A DNA stretch of 62,539 nucleotides from Eledone cirrhosa (lineage: Eukaryota): NCBI GenBank assembly GCA_964016885.1, contig CAXHJY010000678.1, positions 1-62,539 on the forward strand, given 5' to 3'. A model generated the notes under the pieces. That model was given only the letters and a program-made list of their open reading frames with translations, was not told the DNA's origin and searched no databases. Shown here in pieces: positions 28,614 through 44,888 of the stretch (the stretch's first letter is position 1; every line of letters starts with the position of its first letter). The position numbers were made by a program, and so were the translations under genes.

Positions 28614-29221
28614 GGTGGCTGCCAACTCGTTTTCGAGTAGAGCCACTAATTTATATCCATGTAAGAGAACCCCTACAGATGCGCTGAACGAGTGTGACTT
28701 TTTAGCCCAGCCAGAGACTTGAAAACTCTGGTACAAACACTACACTTGTGACAATTATTGACACATAGTGCTGGGCCCATGGTACCATGTTGCGACAAGT
28801 GCAGAGAGATCTCAAGATATAAAGCAATGCCTGTGCCGTGAAGATTTTATAGTGAGCAAAGGCACTGCACAGAGCCAGTCCCACTCTCTTAACCAAGATG
28901 ATATTTACCAAAAAGAAGAACAAGTCAACATCATTGGATACCATCTGGGTTACAGGTGTTATATCAGAGTTTTCCTTCTCCTAGAATTCTGTCTTGACAA
29001 AGGCTAAGGGGTCATCTCTCCCGGTGGTTTTGGATGGCCATTGACTCTTAAGAGCTCCTTTGCCCTTTGACAGGTTTTGTTTTTAGTCCTGCAGGATGTC
29101 CAAAGTCACCCTCCTCACCAGGAAACCTTGGTGGGGTTGCCAGTTTAGTCGCCAACGACCCGACCATGAGACAGGTTGTACTGGGATACATGTTACCAGT
29201 AACACCAACTGGTGACCTGAC
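28614..29221 (-). mobile_element. ~605-bp non-autonomous RTE-derived (bipartite) retroposon, copy 1
   Basis: 5' part has the RTE-5'UTR-like GGAGAAGGAAAACTCTGA; 3' part encodes the C2H2-like [19 protein letters not shown] typical of RTE ORF ends; 3' hairpin CTCG-AAAA-CGAG, then microsatellite tail. Confidence 0.65.
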
Positions 29222-29739
29222 ATACATACATACATACATTCATATATACATAAATACATACATATAAATACATGTATATATATATATATACACATGTACA
29301 TATATATACTTATATATACATACATATATACATACATACACATAGTATACATACATACACATATATACATACACTACATACATATACATACATACATATA
29401 CACATACATGCATATACATATATACATACATGCATATACATATATACATACATACATATACATATATACATACATACATATACATATATACATACATACA
29501 TATACATATATACATACATACATATACATATATACATACATACATATACATTATACATACATACATATACATATATACATACATACATATACATATACAT
29601 ACATATACATATATAATATACATACATACACATATATATATACATACATATATATATACATACATATACATATATATATACATATACATATATATATACA
29701 TACATATACATACATATACATATATATATACATACATAT

Positions 29740-30343
29740 GGTGGCTGCCAACTCGTTTTCGAGTACGGCCACTACTTTATATCCATGTAGGAGAACCCCT
29801 ACCGAAGCGCTGAACGAGTGTGACTTTTTAGTCCAGCCAGCGACTTGAAAACTCTGGTACAAACACTACACTTGTGACAATTATTTACACAGTGCTGGGC
29901 CCATGGTACCATGTGAGGACAAGTGCAGAGAGATCTCCAGATATAAAGCAATACCTGTGCCGTGAAGCTTTTATAGTGAGCAAAGCACTGCACAAAGCCA
30001 GTCCCACTCTCTTAACCAAGATGATATTTACCAAAAAGAAGAACAAGTCAACATCATTGGATACCATCAGGGTTGCAGGTGTTATATCAGAGTTTTCCTT
30101 CTCCTATAATTCTGCCTTGACAAAGGCTAAGGGGTCATCTCTCCGGTGATTTTGGATGGCCATTGACTCTTAAGAGCTCCTTTTCCCTTTGACAGGTTTT
30201 GTTTTTAGTCCTGCAGGATGTCCAAAGTCACCCTCCTCACCAAGAAATCTTGGTGGGGTTGCCAGTTTAGTCGCCAACGACCCGACCATGAGACAGGTTG
30301 TACTGGGATACATGTTACCAGTAGCACCAACTGGTGACCTGAC
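29740..30343 (-). mobile_element. RTE-derived retroposon, copy 2
   Basis: Same boundaries as copy 1 with scattered substitutions. Confidence 0.65.
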
Positions 30344-30732
30344 ATATACATATACATACATATACATATATATACATACATATACATATATATACATACA
30401 CATACATATATATATACAATACACATACATATATATATACATACACATACATATATATATACATACACATATATATATACATACATATACATATATATAT
30501 ACATACATATACATATATATATACATACATATACATATATATATACATACATATACATACATATATATATACATACATATATATATACATACATACCCAA
30601 CATATATATATATACATACATACATACATACACATATATAGATAGATACATACACATATATAGATACATACATATATATTAAATACATACATATAGATAC
30701 ATACATATAGATACATATATACATATACATAT

Positions 30733-31338
30733 GGTGGCTGCCAACTCGTTTCGAGTACGGCCACTACTTTATATCCATGTAGGAGAACCCCTACGGATGC
30801 GCTGAACGAGTGACTTTTTAGTCCAGCCAGAGATTTGAAAACTCTGGTACAAACACAACACTTTTGACAATTATTGACACATAGTGCTGGGCCCATGGTA
30901 CCATCTGACGACAAGTGCAGATAGATCTCCAGATATAACGCAATGCCTGTGTCGTGAAGCTTTTATAGTGAGCAAATGCACTGCACAAAGCCAGTCCCAC
31001 TCTTTTAAACAAGATGATATGTACCAAAAAGAAGAACAAGTCAACATCATTGGATACCATCACGGTTGCTGGTGTTATATCAGATTTTTCCTTCTCCTAG
31101 AATTCTGCCTTGACAAAGGCTAAGGGGTCCTCTCTCCCAGTGATTTTGGATGGCCATTGACTCTTAAGAGCTCCGTTTGCCCTTTGACAGGTTTTGTTTT
31201 TAGTCCTGCAGGATGTCCAAAGTCACCCTCCTCACCAAGAAACCTTGGTGGGGTTGCCAGTTTAGTCGCCAACGACCCGACCATGAGACAGGTTGTACTG
31301 GGATACATGTTACCAGTAGCACCAGCTGGTGACCTGAC
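30733..31338 (-). mobile_element. RTE-derived retroposon, copy 3
   Basis: Same boundaries as copies 1 and 2. Confidence 0.65.
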
Positions 31339-31670
31339 ATATATATATACATACATGTATATACATATATATGTATACATAGATACATATATAAATATAT
31401 ACATGCATGTGTGTATATATATGTATATACATATACATGTATATATACATATATACATACATGCATACATGCATATACATGCATATATATATATATATAC
31501 ATATACACATACATGTGTATATATATATATACAGTATACACATACATGTATATATATACACATATACTACATACATACAGGAATATATATATATATATAT
31601 ACACATACATGTATATATATATATATATCCATATACACATACATGTATATATATATATATATCCATATAC

Positions 31671-31737
<67 letters not shown>

Positions 31738-31802
31738 CACATACATGTATATATAGTATATATATATACACATACATGTATATATATATAATATATATAT
31801 AC

Positions 31803-31835
<33 letters not shown>

Positions 31836-31836
31836 C

Positions 31837-31877
<41 letters not shown>

Positions 31878-31944
31878 CATGTATATATTATATAGTATAT
31901 ATATATTACATATAACATGTATATATATATATATATACATATAC

Positions 31945-31975
<31 letters not shown>

Positions 31976-31976
31976 C

Positions 31977-32007
<31 letters not shown>

Positions 32008-33196
32008 CACATACATGTATATATATATATATATACATATACACATACATGTATATATATATATATATACATATACACATACATGTATATATATATATAT
32101 ATATACATATACACATACATGTATATATATATATATACATATACACATACATGTATATATATATATAATACACATATATATATATATACACATATATATA
32201 CTAATATATATTATACACATATATATATACACATATATATATACACATATATATATATATATACACATATATATAACATACATAATATATATATATATAC
32301 ATACACATATATATATATATACCCATACATATATATATATACATACATATATATATATATACATCATATATATATACATATATATATATACATACATATA
32401 TATATATATATACATACACATATATATATATACATACACATATATATATATATATACATACACATATATATATATATATACATACACATATATATATATA
32501 TATACATACACATATATATATATATATACATACACATATATATATATATATACATACACATATATATATATATACATACACATATATATATATATATACA
32601 TACACATATATATATATATTACAGTACATACACTATATATATATATATACATACACATATATATATATATATACATACACATATTATACTATATTATATT
32701 ACATACACATATATATATATATTATACATACACATATATAATATATATATATACATACACATATATATATTAACTATACATACACATATATATATATATA
32801 TATAACATACATATATATATATATATATACATACACATATATATATACTATACATACACATATATACTATATATATATAAACATACACATATATATATAT
32901 ATATATATACATACATACACATATATATATATATATAATACATACACATATATATATTATATATACATACACATATATATATATATATACATACACATAT
33001 ATATAATATATATATAATACATACACATATATATATATATATACATACATACACATATATATATATATATATACATACACACATATATATATATATATAC
33101 ATACAACATTTATATATATATATACATACACACATATATATATATATACATACAATACATATATATACATATATACATATATACACATATAATAAC

Positions 33197-33265
<69 letters not shown>

Positions 33266-34232
33266 CATATATATACATATATATATTATATATACATATA
33301 TATACATATATATACATATATATATATACATATATATACATATATATACCATATATATATATACATATATATACATATATATATAATATATATACATATA
33401 TATACATATATATAACATATATATATATACATATATATACATCTAATATATATACTATCTACATATATATATATACATATATATACATATATATAATATA
33501 CATATATACATATACATATATATACATATATATATATACATATATATATATACATTATATACATTATATAATATACATAATATATATATATATATACACT
33601 ATATAACATATAGTATACATATATATATATACAATACATATATATACATATATATATATACATATAATCATATATACATATATATATACATATACATATA
33701 TATACATATATACTATATATCTATACATATATATACATACATATATATATATATACATATACATATATATACATATACATATATATACATATATATACAT
33801 ATACTATATACATATATATATACATATAATATATATACATATACATATATATACATATATATATACATATACATATATATACATATATATATATACATAT
33901 ACATATATATACATATATAATATATACATATACATATATATACATATATATATATATACATATATATATATAAGACAATATAGTATACATATACATATAT
34001 ATACATATACTATATATATACATATAGCTATATATACATATACATATATATACATATATATATATATACATATATATACATATATATATATACATATATA
34101 TACATATATATATATACATATACATATATATATATACATATATATATATACATATATATACATAATATATATATATAACATATAATATATACATATATAC
34201 ATATATATATATACATATATATACATATATAC

Positions 34233-34279
<47 letters not shown>

Positions 34280-34862
34280 CATATATATACATATATACAT
34301 ATATATACATACATACATATATATACATACAACATATATATACATACATATAATTATATATATATACATATATATATACATAATACATATATATATATAT
34401 ACATACATATATATATACATACATATATATATATACATACATATATATATATATATTATTATATATACATATATATATATATACATACATATATATATAC
34501 ATACATATATATATATACATACTACATATTATATATATATATATACATATATATACATGTATATATATATACATATATATACATATATATCATATATATA
34601 TATATACATATACATATATATACATATATATATATATACATATATATACATATACATACATATAATATACATTATATATATATATACATATATATACATA
34701 TACATATATATACATGTATATATATATTACATGTATATATATATACATATATATAATATACATGTATATATATATACATATATATTATACATATATACAT
34801 ATATATATACATATATATTAATTATAGCATATACATATATAATACATATATATAATATATAC

Positions 34863-34894
<32 letters not shown>

Positions 34895-35493
34895 CTACAT
34901 ATATACATATCATACTATATATACATATATATATATATACAATATATATATATATACAATATACTATATACCATATATATATACATATATATATACTATA
35001 CATAATATATATATATACATATATATAATACATATACACATACATATATATATATACATATATCTATATACATTACACATACATATACACATATATATAC
35101 ATATACACATACATATACACATATATATACATATACACATACATATAAACATATATATACATATACACATACACATATATATATATATATATATACACAT
35201 ACACATATATATATATATATATACACATACATATACATACATATATATACACATACATATACACATACATATACACATTCATCTACACTACATGTATATA
35301 TATATATATTAACATATACACATATACATATACACATTCATATACACATACATGTATATATATATACTCTATATATACATATACACATATACATACATAT
35401 ATACATATATACATATATGTATATATATATACATTTATACATATATATATATACATATACATATATACATACATGCATACATATAGATATATG

Positions 35494-35539
<46 letters not shown>

Positions 35540-35540
35540 T
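31339..35540. repeat. Compound (TA/CA) microsatellite with successive motifs (e.g. CACATACATG(TA)n)
   Basis: Direct reading. Confidence 0.95.
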
Positions 35541-35950
35541 ATAGACACATATTTCAATACACCAATCGAAAACAATGAAGCATAGCTTTTTTATAATAGC
35601 CTTGGATGTGATCAACGAGGGAAACATATTTCTGGCTAAGTAGACTATTTACCGTTTAGGCCTTAGGATATTTGCCAGTTTTAATATTAGAAAGACCAAG
35701 TTTATTTAATGTTCGCATGGAAGCAGATATCTACAATAATTTCATAAAAGAATGACTATATTTACACATATGTAATAAAATTACCAGAGAAAAGTGAAGC
35801 AGGAATAGAGACAAAAATATGCGGTGCTACCACAGAACTTCTTGTGTAAATTCTTCAACACATAAACACCTACATGTGTCCTCACATAGACACGGATATA
35901 CTATTTCTGTCTCTCTGCCTGCCTGCCTGTCTGTCTGTCTGTCTCTCTCA

Positions 35951-35987
<37 letters not shown>

Positions 35988-36161
35988 CCCAAGACATCCT
36001 CTCTCATACATACATACATACACAAACGTGGACATAAACACACACACAAACAAACACTCATTCAGACATTCGCATAAACTAACACACAGACAATCACACA
36101 AACAGACACTCACACAAACACAAACCCACAAACAAACAATCACACACGCATATTATATATA

Positions 36162-37116
36162 TATTTCGTTTTTGAATTTGTTTAGCAAGATTCTTTACCT
36201 GAAAACGTGTGTTGAAACCGATATCGTTATACTTTGGGAGGGTCATGTTGCCAATAAGAAACACACGCACCAGAAGCTTCACTTCAATGTATTATAAATT
36301 AAATTATAAATTAAAAAAATTATAAATTTCCGGTTGGTTGGTTGGTTCCACAACCGGACGGTTGTTCATATATTGTCAAAGTTATTTCGTCTCACATTCT
36401 GTAACCTCATCAGTGACTGGGTATTCTTTTCTTTCTTTTGTGCCTCTACTTTTTTCTGTCCTACGCCATCTTGTTTGTGTGTGTGCTGTGTGCTTAGTTT
36501 GCGCATGTGTTACATCCGGGTGTCTGTGTGTGTTTATATTTGTTTATTTATTTGTTTATTTACATATTACTAGTTGGTTGTTTGTTCTATGTGTGTGTGT
36601 TTTCATTTTGTCCATAATTGTAAGTCGTGGTGCTGCTATTCCATTCATGTTTCTATTTAATTTTGGTTGGAGTTCATTTATGCTTTTTGCCTCTGTGATT
36701 TGTCTAAACATTGCGTCTTTTCTGTGTGTAGAGTGTATTTTTATTTCTATGTTCTCTAATTTGCCCTTATGTTCTATTTTAGCATGTTAGTGTAGTATTG
36801 ATGAGTCTTTTCTATCTGAGTTTTCTCGCCAGTGTTCATTGAATCGTTCTCCTATGCTACGAGCTGTCTCACCTATGTACATAATATTCTTATCTTTACA
36901 TTGTCCCTCAGTATTATATTCTTATCTTTACATAGTCCCTCAGACACCTTATGCTATATACTATGTTTCTAGTTTTACACAGAAAAGACACAATGTTTCG
37001 ACAACCAACCGGAAATTTATACATTTTTAATTTTATAATTTAATTTATAATAAATTGAAGTGAACAACTGGTGCGCGTGTTTCTTATTGGCAACATGCCC
37101 CTCCGAAAGTATAACA

Positions 37117-37119
<3 letters not shown>
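36162..37119 (-). mobile_element. 5'-truncated Penelope-like element 1: GIY-YIG remnant, 3' pseudo-LTR and inverted terminal copy
   Basis: Minus-strand 36605-36980 reads CKTRNIVYSI...KNIMYIGETARSIGERFNEH...FRQITEAKSINELQPKLN (with stop/frameshift); 37001-37119 is an inverted copy of ~36222-36340. Confidence 0.88.
36375..36417 (-). ncRNA. Degenerate hammerhead motif (family C) in the PLE1 pseudo-LTR
   Basis: GTCA CTGATGA GGTTACAGAATGTGAGAC GAAA TAAC TT TGAC; stems II and III are damaged. Confidence 0.55.
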
Positions 37120-37183
<64 letters not shown>

Positions 37184-37462
37184 TTAATACGATTTAAAAG
37201 CGAGTAAGACCACTAATTAATATAGTGCATAATAGTTTAGATAGTAAGGAAAAAGCTTAACCGTAGGGTTGAGAATCCTTATAAAAATTACACACGGACA
37301 CGATATCTATATATATATATATTTATATGGGTGGGTGGGTGTGTGTATCCCGGGTTCAATCGGGGGTAACGACAGTAAGTAAGGTACTCAATACACAGCA
37401 GAGTATATTTTTTTAATATCGACATGGCTTCTACAGGACTAGAACTGTTTATATATATATAT

Positions 37463-37954
37463 ATAAATGGAAAAGATTGAAACAAAATTTCATTTCTCAC
37501 TCTTAGTACGGTTGATACCTAAATATAAGTATGTATACGTACATACATATATGTGTACAGACGTACAGTAGTATGTATATATATACATACATGCACACAT
37601 CATATATATATATATATATATATGTACGCATGGGTTTACCGAACATTTATTATAATGTTCGGTTTGTTTGTAAACAAACAGCCCGAATTATGCCGTACAG
37701 TGTTCGGCAACCATCGTCGCCCTTTTGTTCAACACTGACACAAGAACGATGTACTAGTTTCAAGCTTATTAGCTATCGTCAGCATCGTATACCTTCCTGC
37801 CAGATGATTGAACGTCTGAAAGTATATACTTTCCTTATGCATATTAACAGCTGAGCAGCCTAATTTGGATATCGAGTGAGTTAGTCGCCCGGGCAAACCG
37901 AAAACGATAAATGGAAAAGAATGAAACGTTTGCCCAGTCGACTAACTCCCTCGA
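37463..37954 (-). mobile_element. Family B non-coding HHR repeat (~444-bp period) with terminal redundancy and short 5' inversion
   Basis: Reverse complement of 61959-62424; ATAAATGGAAAAGA(T/A)TGAAA at 37463 and 37907; inverted repeat 37872-37898/37928-37954. Confidence 0.8.
37746..37788 (-). ncRNA. Intact minimal type I hammerhead ribozyme (family B)
   Basis: ACGATG | CTGACGA | T AGCT-AATA-AGCT T | GAAA | CTAG | TA | CATCGT; 6-bp stem I, palindromic stem III, GUA triplet. Confidence 0.85.
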
Positions 37955-38028
37955 GTAGAATGCTTCGAATCTATTATAATAAATACATTTGTTGAATTAA
38001 CAGCAAATTAAATATCTCTTCAAATATA

Positions 38029-38098
<70 letters not shown>

Positions 38099-38209
38099 AA
38101 TTATAACACATATATACCCAATTATAACACATATATACCCTAGAAACGATCGTTAAATAATGAACTTTTTTTGTTTAATATAAGGAATTGTTTATTCATT
38201 ATTTGTTTA

Positions 38210-38296
<87 letters not shown>

Positions 38297-38303
<7 letters not shown>

Positions 38304-38463
38304 AGATCAAAAGATGTTTAAAAGAGATCCATATATCTTATGCGCATTTCAAAAACAAATATCATCATGAGAATGACATTTGCCTTTTCGTCAGATAAAA
38401 TAGGGATACATGATATGAAGGTTAAAAAACACTTGTGAATAGTGAAGTTTTAAATCAACATAT
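38297..38463 (-). mobile_element. Diverged single-arm copy of family A terminus with HHR motif (38333-38400)
   Basis: Homologous to 6133-6303; core CTGACGA...GAAA TGCGCA TA; stem II substitutions preserve pairing, stem I is damaged. Confidence 0.78.
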
Positions 38464-39439
38464 GAAAAGTAATTTAAGATTGATGTGTGATATTGGGAAA
38501 AAAATGAAGGGGGTGGGTGGAAAGGATGAAAAAGAGGAGGATATTAGAGTAAAGAATGGTGGGGGAGGAGTGTAATAAGGAAGGATGAGATAGGAGGAGA
38601 GATGGGTGATAGAAAGAGAGAGATAGCCTTTATAACTGAGAAGAAATATATATTGTTTCACAGAGATAGGTTAAAAAGCCGTTGGAAGATAATATATAAT
38701 TTAAAAGAATTTGAAAATCGATGAAGAGAAAAAATTAAGAATAATATTAAATTAAGGTTTGTATATTGAAGTGTTTAATAATATGTGCGATGGGAAGAAA
38801 TTGTTAAAATAAAAATATTAATGTTATTAAGGATATAAGGTGAAAGGAAGTAGAAGAGTGGATGAATTATGAATTTAGAGGAATTAGTTATTGTTTAAGT
38901 TTGTTTTAATGTAATGTAATATGTATGTGTAATATATGTAAATATTTTGTTTACAAATGAGCGCAGAAAGCAAAGAAGAGAATAGTGTTTAAGGAAGAGA
39001 AGACTTTAACATCAACATATATATGTTTATGAAGTAATTTCTAATGGTAATAGTATAATGTAATAAAGGAGATTAGTTAGGGTTTAAGTTTGTGTTTATG
39101 TATTGTGATATGTAGTATGTAAAAGTCAGACGAGCATGAAATGGAGAAAAATATAATGAACTGAGGAGGAATAATCTAACGTCAAAAAAATGTTTATGTT
39201 TACGAAGGATTTTTAAATGTAATGCTATAAAGTATTTAAAAGGTAATAATAAAATGTTATGGCCAATGGTATGAAGAAAGATGGAAGAGTGGATATGTTG
39301 TGGTGAGTAATAATGAGAATTGAGAAGTATTTAGGAAGAAAAAGTACAGATTAGATGTTAGAAATTAAAAGAAAAGAGGAAGAAAGGAAATTGATAAATA
39401 GGAATGATATGTGTGTGTTGTTATTGTGCTTATGTATGT

Positions 39440-41365
39440 ATTTATTTATATATTTATATTTCTCTTAGATCAGTATTGTTTGTGTGGGTGTTGTTATTCC
39501 ATTCATTTTTTCTGTTTAGCTTTGGCCTTCTAAGTTCTATTTCACTGGCCTCTCTGATTTGCCTATCTGCTGGGTCATTTCTATGTTTAGATAATATTTT
39601 AATTTCTATGTTGTCTATGTTACCATCGTGTTGTTGTCTGGCGTGTTCGTATAGTACTGAACCGTTGTTTCGTCCATTTAGCCCCCCCCCCCCCAATGTT
39701 GGTCTATCCTTTCACCTATGCTTCGAGCTGTCTCGTCTATGTATGTTGTTGTCATGTTTGTGCAGGTACCCTCTGTACATCTTATGCTACAGACTATGTT
39801 TCTAGTTTTACAGTTTATCCGGGGGTTTACTGTACATATAATACTTTTCCTATTAGTAAAATGGGTTTTTTTTTTTAATGGTATGTTTTGCTGATAAGGG
39901 ATTTTGTGGAGGTTCCTGGCTTTTCTACCACCTTAATCTATATCTGTAAGTGGGTCTTTCTCAGGGCCTTTGTACACTGGTTAGCTAATTTCCCTCCAGG
40001 GGTAGAGTCCACGAACATGACACACTGGTATCTCTGGTTGTCGTACCATGAGGTGGCTTTCCCTATCTTATGTCTAGCCCTATCTAAGCTCTTCTATGAT
40101 TTGCTCCTGTATAATGGGCAAATTCCTTTCATGTCCAGTTCTATGAGGGTTTTATACTTCTCCATGGCTCCTTCGTATACTCTGATTCTGTCTGTTTTGT
40201 TGTAGCCAGAGAACTGCATGCGGTTGATGAAGTGTTCGATGTGTCTTTCCATTTCTGTTGGGTCGCACATGCGGGACACGTTCTTCATTACTCGTACCAA
40301 GTCTGCGATCAGAATATAAAACTTAGCACTACTGCACATTGCTGAGTTTTTGAGTATCAGGTATTTGGAGGCCATGGGTTTAGCGTAGTGTGAGTGGAGA
40401 ATTTGGGCTCTCTCGTCTATTGTGTTAATCCAGAGTTCCGTGTCTAATACAGGTAGTCTATTGTTAGGGTGTTTGGAAGGGTAGTCGATAGTTACAGTTA
40501 AACTCTGGTGAATGGAATTAGCTATCTGCTGGATGCTTTCCATTGTGCTACATTCTAAATCATACTTGTTAGTACTCTCTTGTGGGGGATGTCCTTATTT
40601 CTATATTGATGTCGTCTACGTAACGAGAGTACATGATGAGGTCTATGGAGCTCTCATCAAGGAGATTTTTGAGTCTATTTTCCCACCATACCATAAAACG
40701 GTTGGCAACGTCACCAGCTATGCTGACGCCAATGGCTGCTCCCTTATTTTGGGTGTAGATCTTCTCGTTGAATTTTAATATGTGGCCCTTTAGGGTAGTT
40801 ATAATACTAAACCCTATTGCATGTGCGACCATTTTTCTTACCTGATCATTGTTTTAGGGTGTCCGTATGGCTTTGGTCCACCCATCCCATGCGAGTCTTT
40901 TTTGTCATTGAGGTTTTGGTGGGGGGGGGGCTACCTCTTATGGGTCTACTGGAGCAGAAACGGTTAAGGTCATGGCTGTCTAGGTAGTCAGTGTCATAGG
41001 TAAATCTAAGTAGGAGGCCCAGTTCATCTGTGTCGACGTCGCAGAACTCAACTTCACTCTCACTGATCATCTCTACACATTTTTCCACAGCAAAATCAAT
41101 GTTAATGGATGGGTATAGTGATATCACGCCCATACTGCATACTATGCAGATGGATAGGTTTTGTTTTTGTTGCACTCACTCAATCTGTTGAGAAGGTCCT
41201 CCATACTGTCACATACATCTGGGGACATCTTGATTATGGGACGTATAACCATTGAGAGGAAGTGTGTTTTGTTATTAATTCTGGCAATATTATTACAACA
41301 TGATCCTCCCTAGTATAACAATATTTGTTTCGACACACGATTTCATAACAAAAACCTCGCAAAAC
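39440..41365 (-). mobile_element. Degenerate Penelope-like element 2: RT, thumb/linker and GIY-YIG pseudogene with inverted terminal fragment (41296-41365)
   Basis: ORF fragments CSMGVISLYPSI, IYTQNKGAAIGVSIAGDVAN, YSRYVDDINI, LPVLDT, HYAKPMAS, RMQFSGY, PLYR and RQIREASEIELRRPKLN; frameshifted; 41296-41365 resembles the reverse complement of 36180-36250. Confidence 0.92.
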
Positions 41366-44216
41366 TATATATATATAAACATATCTATACATATATATAA
41401 ACATATCTATACATATATATAAACATATCTATACATATATATAAACATATCTATACATATATATAAACATATCTATACATATATATAAACATATCTATAC
41501 ATATATATAAACATATCTATACATATATATAAACATATCTATACATATATATAAACATATCTATACATATATATAAACATATCTATACATATATATAAAC
41601 ATATCTATAAACACATCTATAAACACATCTATAAACACATCTATAAACACATCTATAAACACATCTATAAACACATATATAAACACATCTATAAACACAT
41701 CTATAAACACATCTATAAACATATATATAAACATATATATAAACACATCTATAAACATATATATAAACATATATATAAACATATATATAAACATATATAA
41801 AAACATATATATAAACATATGTATAAACATATATATAAACATATATATAAACATATATATAAACATATATATAAACATATATATAAACATATCTATAAAC
41901 ATATATATAAACACATCTATAAACACATCTATAAACACATCTATAAACACCTATAAACACATCTATAAACACATCTATAAACACATCTATAAACACATCT
42001 ATAAACACATATATAAACACATCTATAAACACATCTATAAACACATCTATAAACACATCTATAAACACATCTATAAACATATATATAAACATATATATAA
42101 ACATATATATAAACATATATATAAACATATATATAAACATATATATAAACATATCTTTAAACATATATATAAACATATCTATAAACATATCTATACATAT
42201 CTATAAACATATCTATACATATCTATAAACATATCTATACATATCTATAAACATATCTATACATATCTATAAACATATCTATACATATCTATAAACATAT
42301 CTATACATATATATAAACATATCTATACATATATATAAACATATCTGTACATATATATAAACATATCTATACATATATATAAACATATCTATACATATAT
42401 ATAAACATATCTATACATATATATAAACATATCTATACATATATATAAACATATCTATACATATATATAAACATATCTATACATATATATAAACATATCT
42501 ATACATATATATAATCATATCTATACATATATATAAACATATCTATACATATATATAAACATATCTATACATATATATAAACATATCTATACATATATAT
42601 AAACATATCTATACATATATATAAACATATCTATACATATATATAAAACATATCTATACATATATATAAACATATCTATACATATATATAAACACATCTA
42701 TAAACACATCTATAAACACATCTATAAACACATCTATAAACACATCTATAAACACATCTATAAACATATATATAAACATATATATAAACATATATATAAA
42801 CATATATATAAACATATATATAAACATATATATAAACATATATATAAACATATATATAAACATATATATAAACATATATATAAACATATATATAAACATA
42901 TATATAAACATATATATAAACATATATATAAACATATATATAAACATATATATAAACATATATATAAACATATATATATACATATATAAACATATATATA
43001 TATATAAACATATATATATATATAAACATATATATATATATAAACATATATATATATATATAAACATATATATATATATATATAAACATATATATATATA
43101 TAAACACATATATATATATATATATATAAACACATATATATATATATATATATAAACATATATATATATATAAACATATATATATATAAACATATATATA
43201 TATATATATAAACATATATATATATAAACATATATATATATATATATATAAACATATATATATATATATATAAACATATATATATATATATATATAAACA
43301 TATATATATATATATATAAACATATATATATATATATATAAACATATATAAACATATATATATATATATATATAAACATATATATATATATATATATAAA
43401 CATATATATATATATATATATAAACATATATATATATAAACATATATATATATATAAACATATATATATATATATAAACATATATATATATATATAAACA
43501 TATATATATATATAAACATATATATATATATATATAAACATATATATATATATAAACATATATATATATATATAAACATATATATATATATAAACATATA
43601 TATATATATAAACATATATATATATATAAACATATATATATATATAAACATATATATATATATGTTTATATATATATATATAAACATATATATATATATA
43701 AACATATATATATATATATAAACATATAAACATATATATATATAAACATATATATATATATAAACATATATATATATATAAACATATAAACATATATATA
43801 TATATATATATATATAAACATATAAACATATATATATATATATATATATATAAACATATATATATATATATATATATATAAACATATATATATATATATA
43901 TATATATAAACATATATATATATATATATATATATAAACATATATGTATATATAAACATATATATATATATATATATAAACATATATATATATATAAACA
44001 TATATATATATATATATATAAACATATATATATATATATATATATATAAACATATATATATATATAAACATATATATATATATATATATATAAACATATA
44101 TATATAAACATATCTATACATATATATAAACATATATATAAACATATACATATATATATATAAACATATATATAAACACATAAAAATATACATATATATA
44201 AACATATATATGTATA

Positions 44217-44268
<52 letters not shown>
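41366..44268. repeat. Microsatellite-derived minisatellite blocks (22-mer AAACATATCTATACATATATAT, 12-mers AAACACATCTAT/AAACATATATAT, AAACA(TA)n)
   Basis: Direct reading. Confidence 0.95.
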
Positions 44269-44270
<2 letters not shown>

Positions 44271-44661
44271 CGACAGTTGGTCCTTTTGTCCAGGTTTATA
44301 CTCCGCAATATCAATAGCCACAATACAGCGGAAACGAAAATGTTTATATTGCAAAGTAAACTATATAATGAGATATTTATAAATATGGTTATTGCAATAA
44401 TATGATATGGTATATAAATATATACACCAATGTCCTTGTGAGGTGTAGAGGAGCGCGAGAGGCAAGGTATATTAAAACCCAGTGTATTATTAGCGTTAGT
44501 TTGTTGGTGTAGATGTTGCACAAAATGTTGGCTCTAGAAGAGGGGACGGCATTTCTGTTTCCGTTGTAATGTGGGACTATATCTTTGACGTTCGCTGTAT
44601 GTTAACCAGCGTATATATATATATATATATATATATACGGGGTAACAGATTATTGTTATAG

Positions 44662-44888
44662 GTAGTCCAATTAAGTGTAGTCCAGTTATGGAACACCGAG
44701 TAGTGGATGATATCAACGCTTGGCTAAGTTTGACTCAACAAGGCGTTTCCATAGTGATGCTGCGAGTACGCTGTAATTCCTATGTTGTAAGCACTTGGAG
44801 TAAGGATAAATCAGGAAAGAAGAGTGACACGGTTTGCTATACAAAAAACGTTTTTAATCTCATTGCTGACAATTGTTTCTCTGAACTG
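44662..44888 (+). CDS. Candidate internal exon of an unidentified gene
   Basis: 227-bp open frame of complex sequence bounded by ttatag| and |gtaggt; no recognisable homology. Confidence 0.25.

Noticed and set aside
29120-29221. Canonical HDV-like or twister ribozyme call
   Set aside because: P1/P1.1/P2/P3 order could not be satisfied by eye and twister consensus words are absent; kept only as an unassigned structured leader
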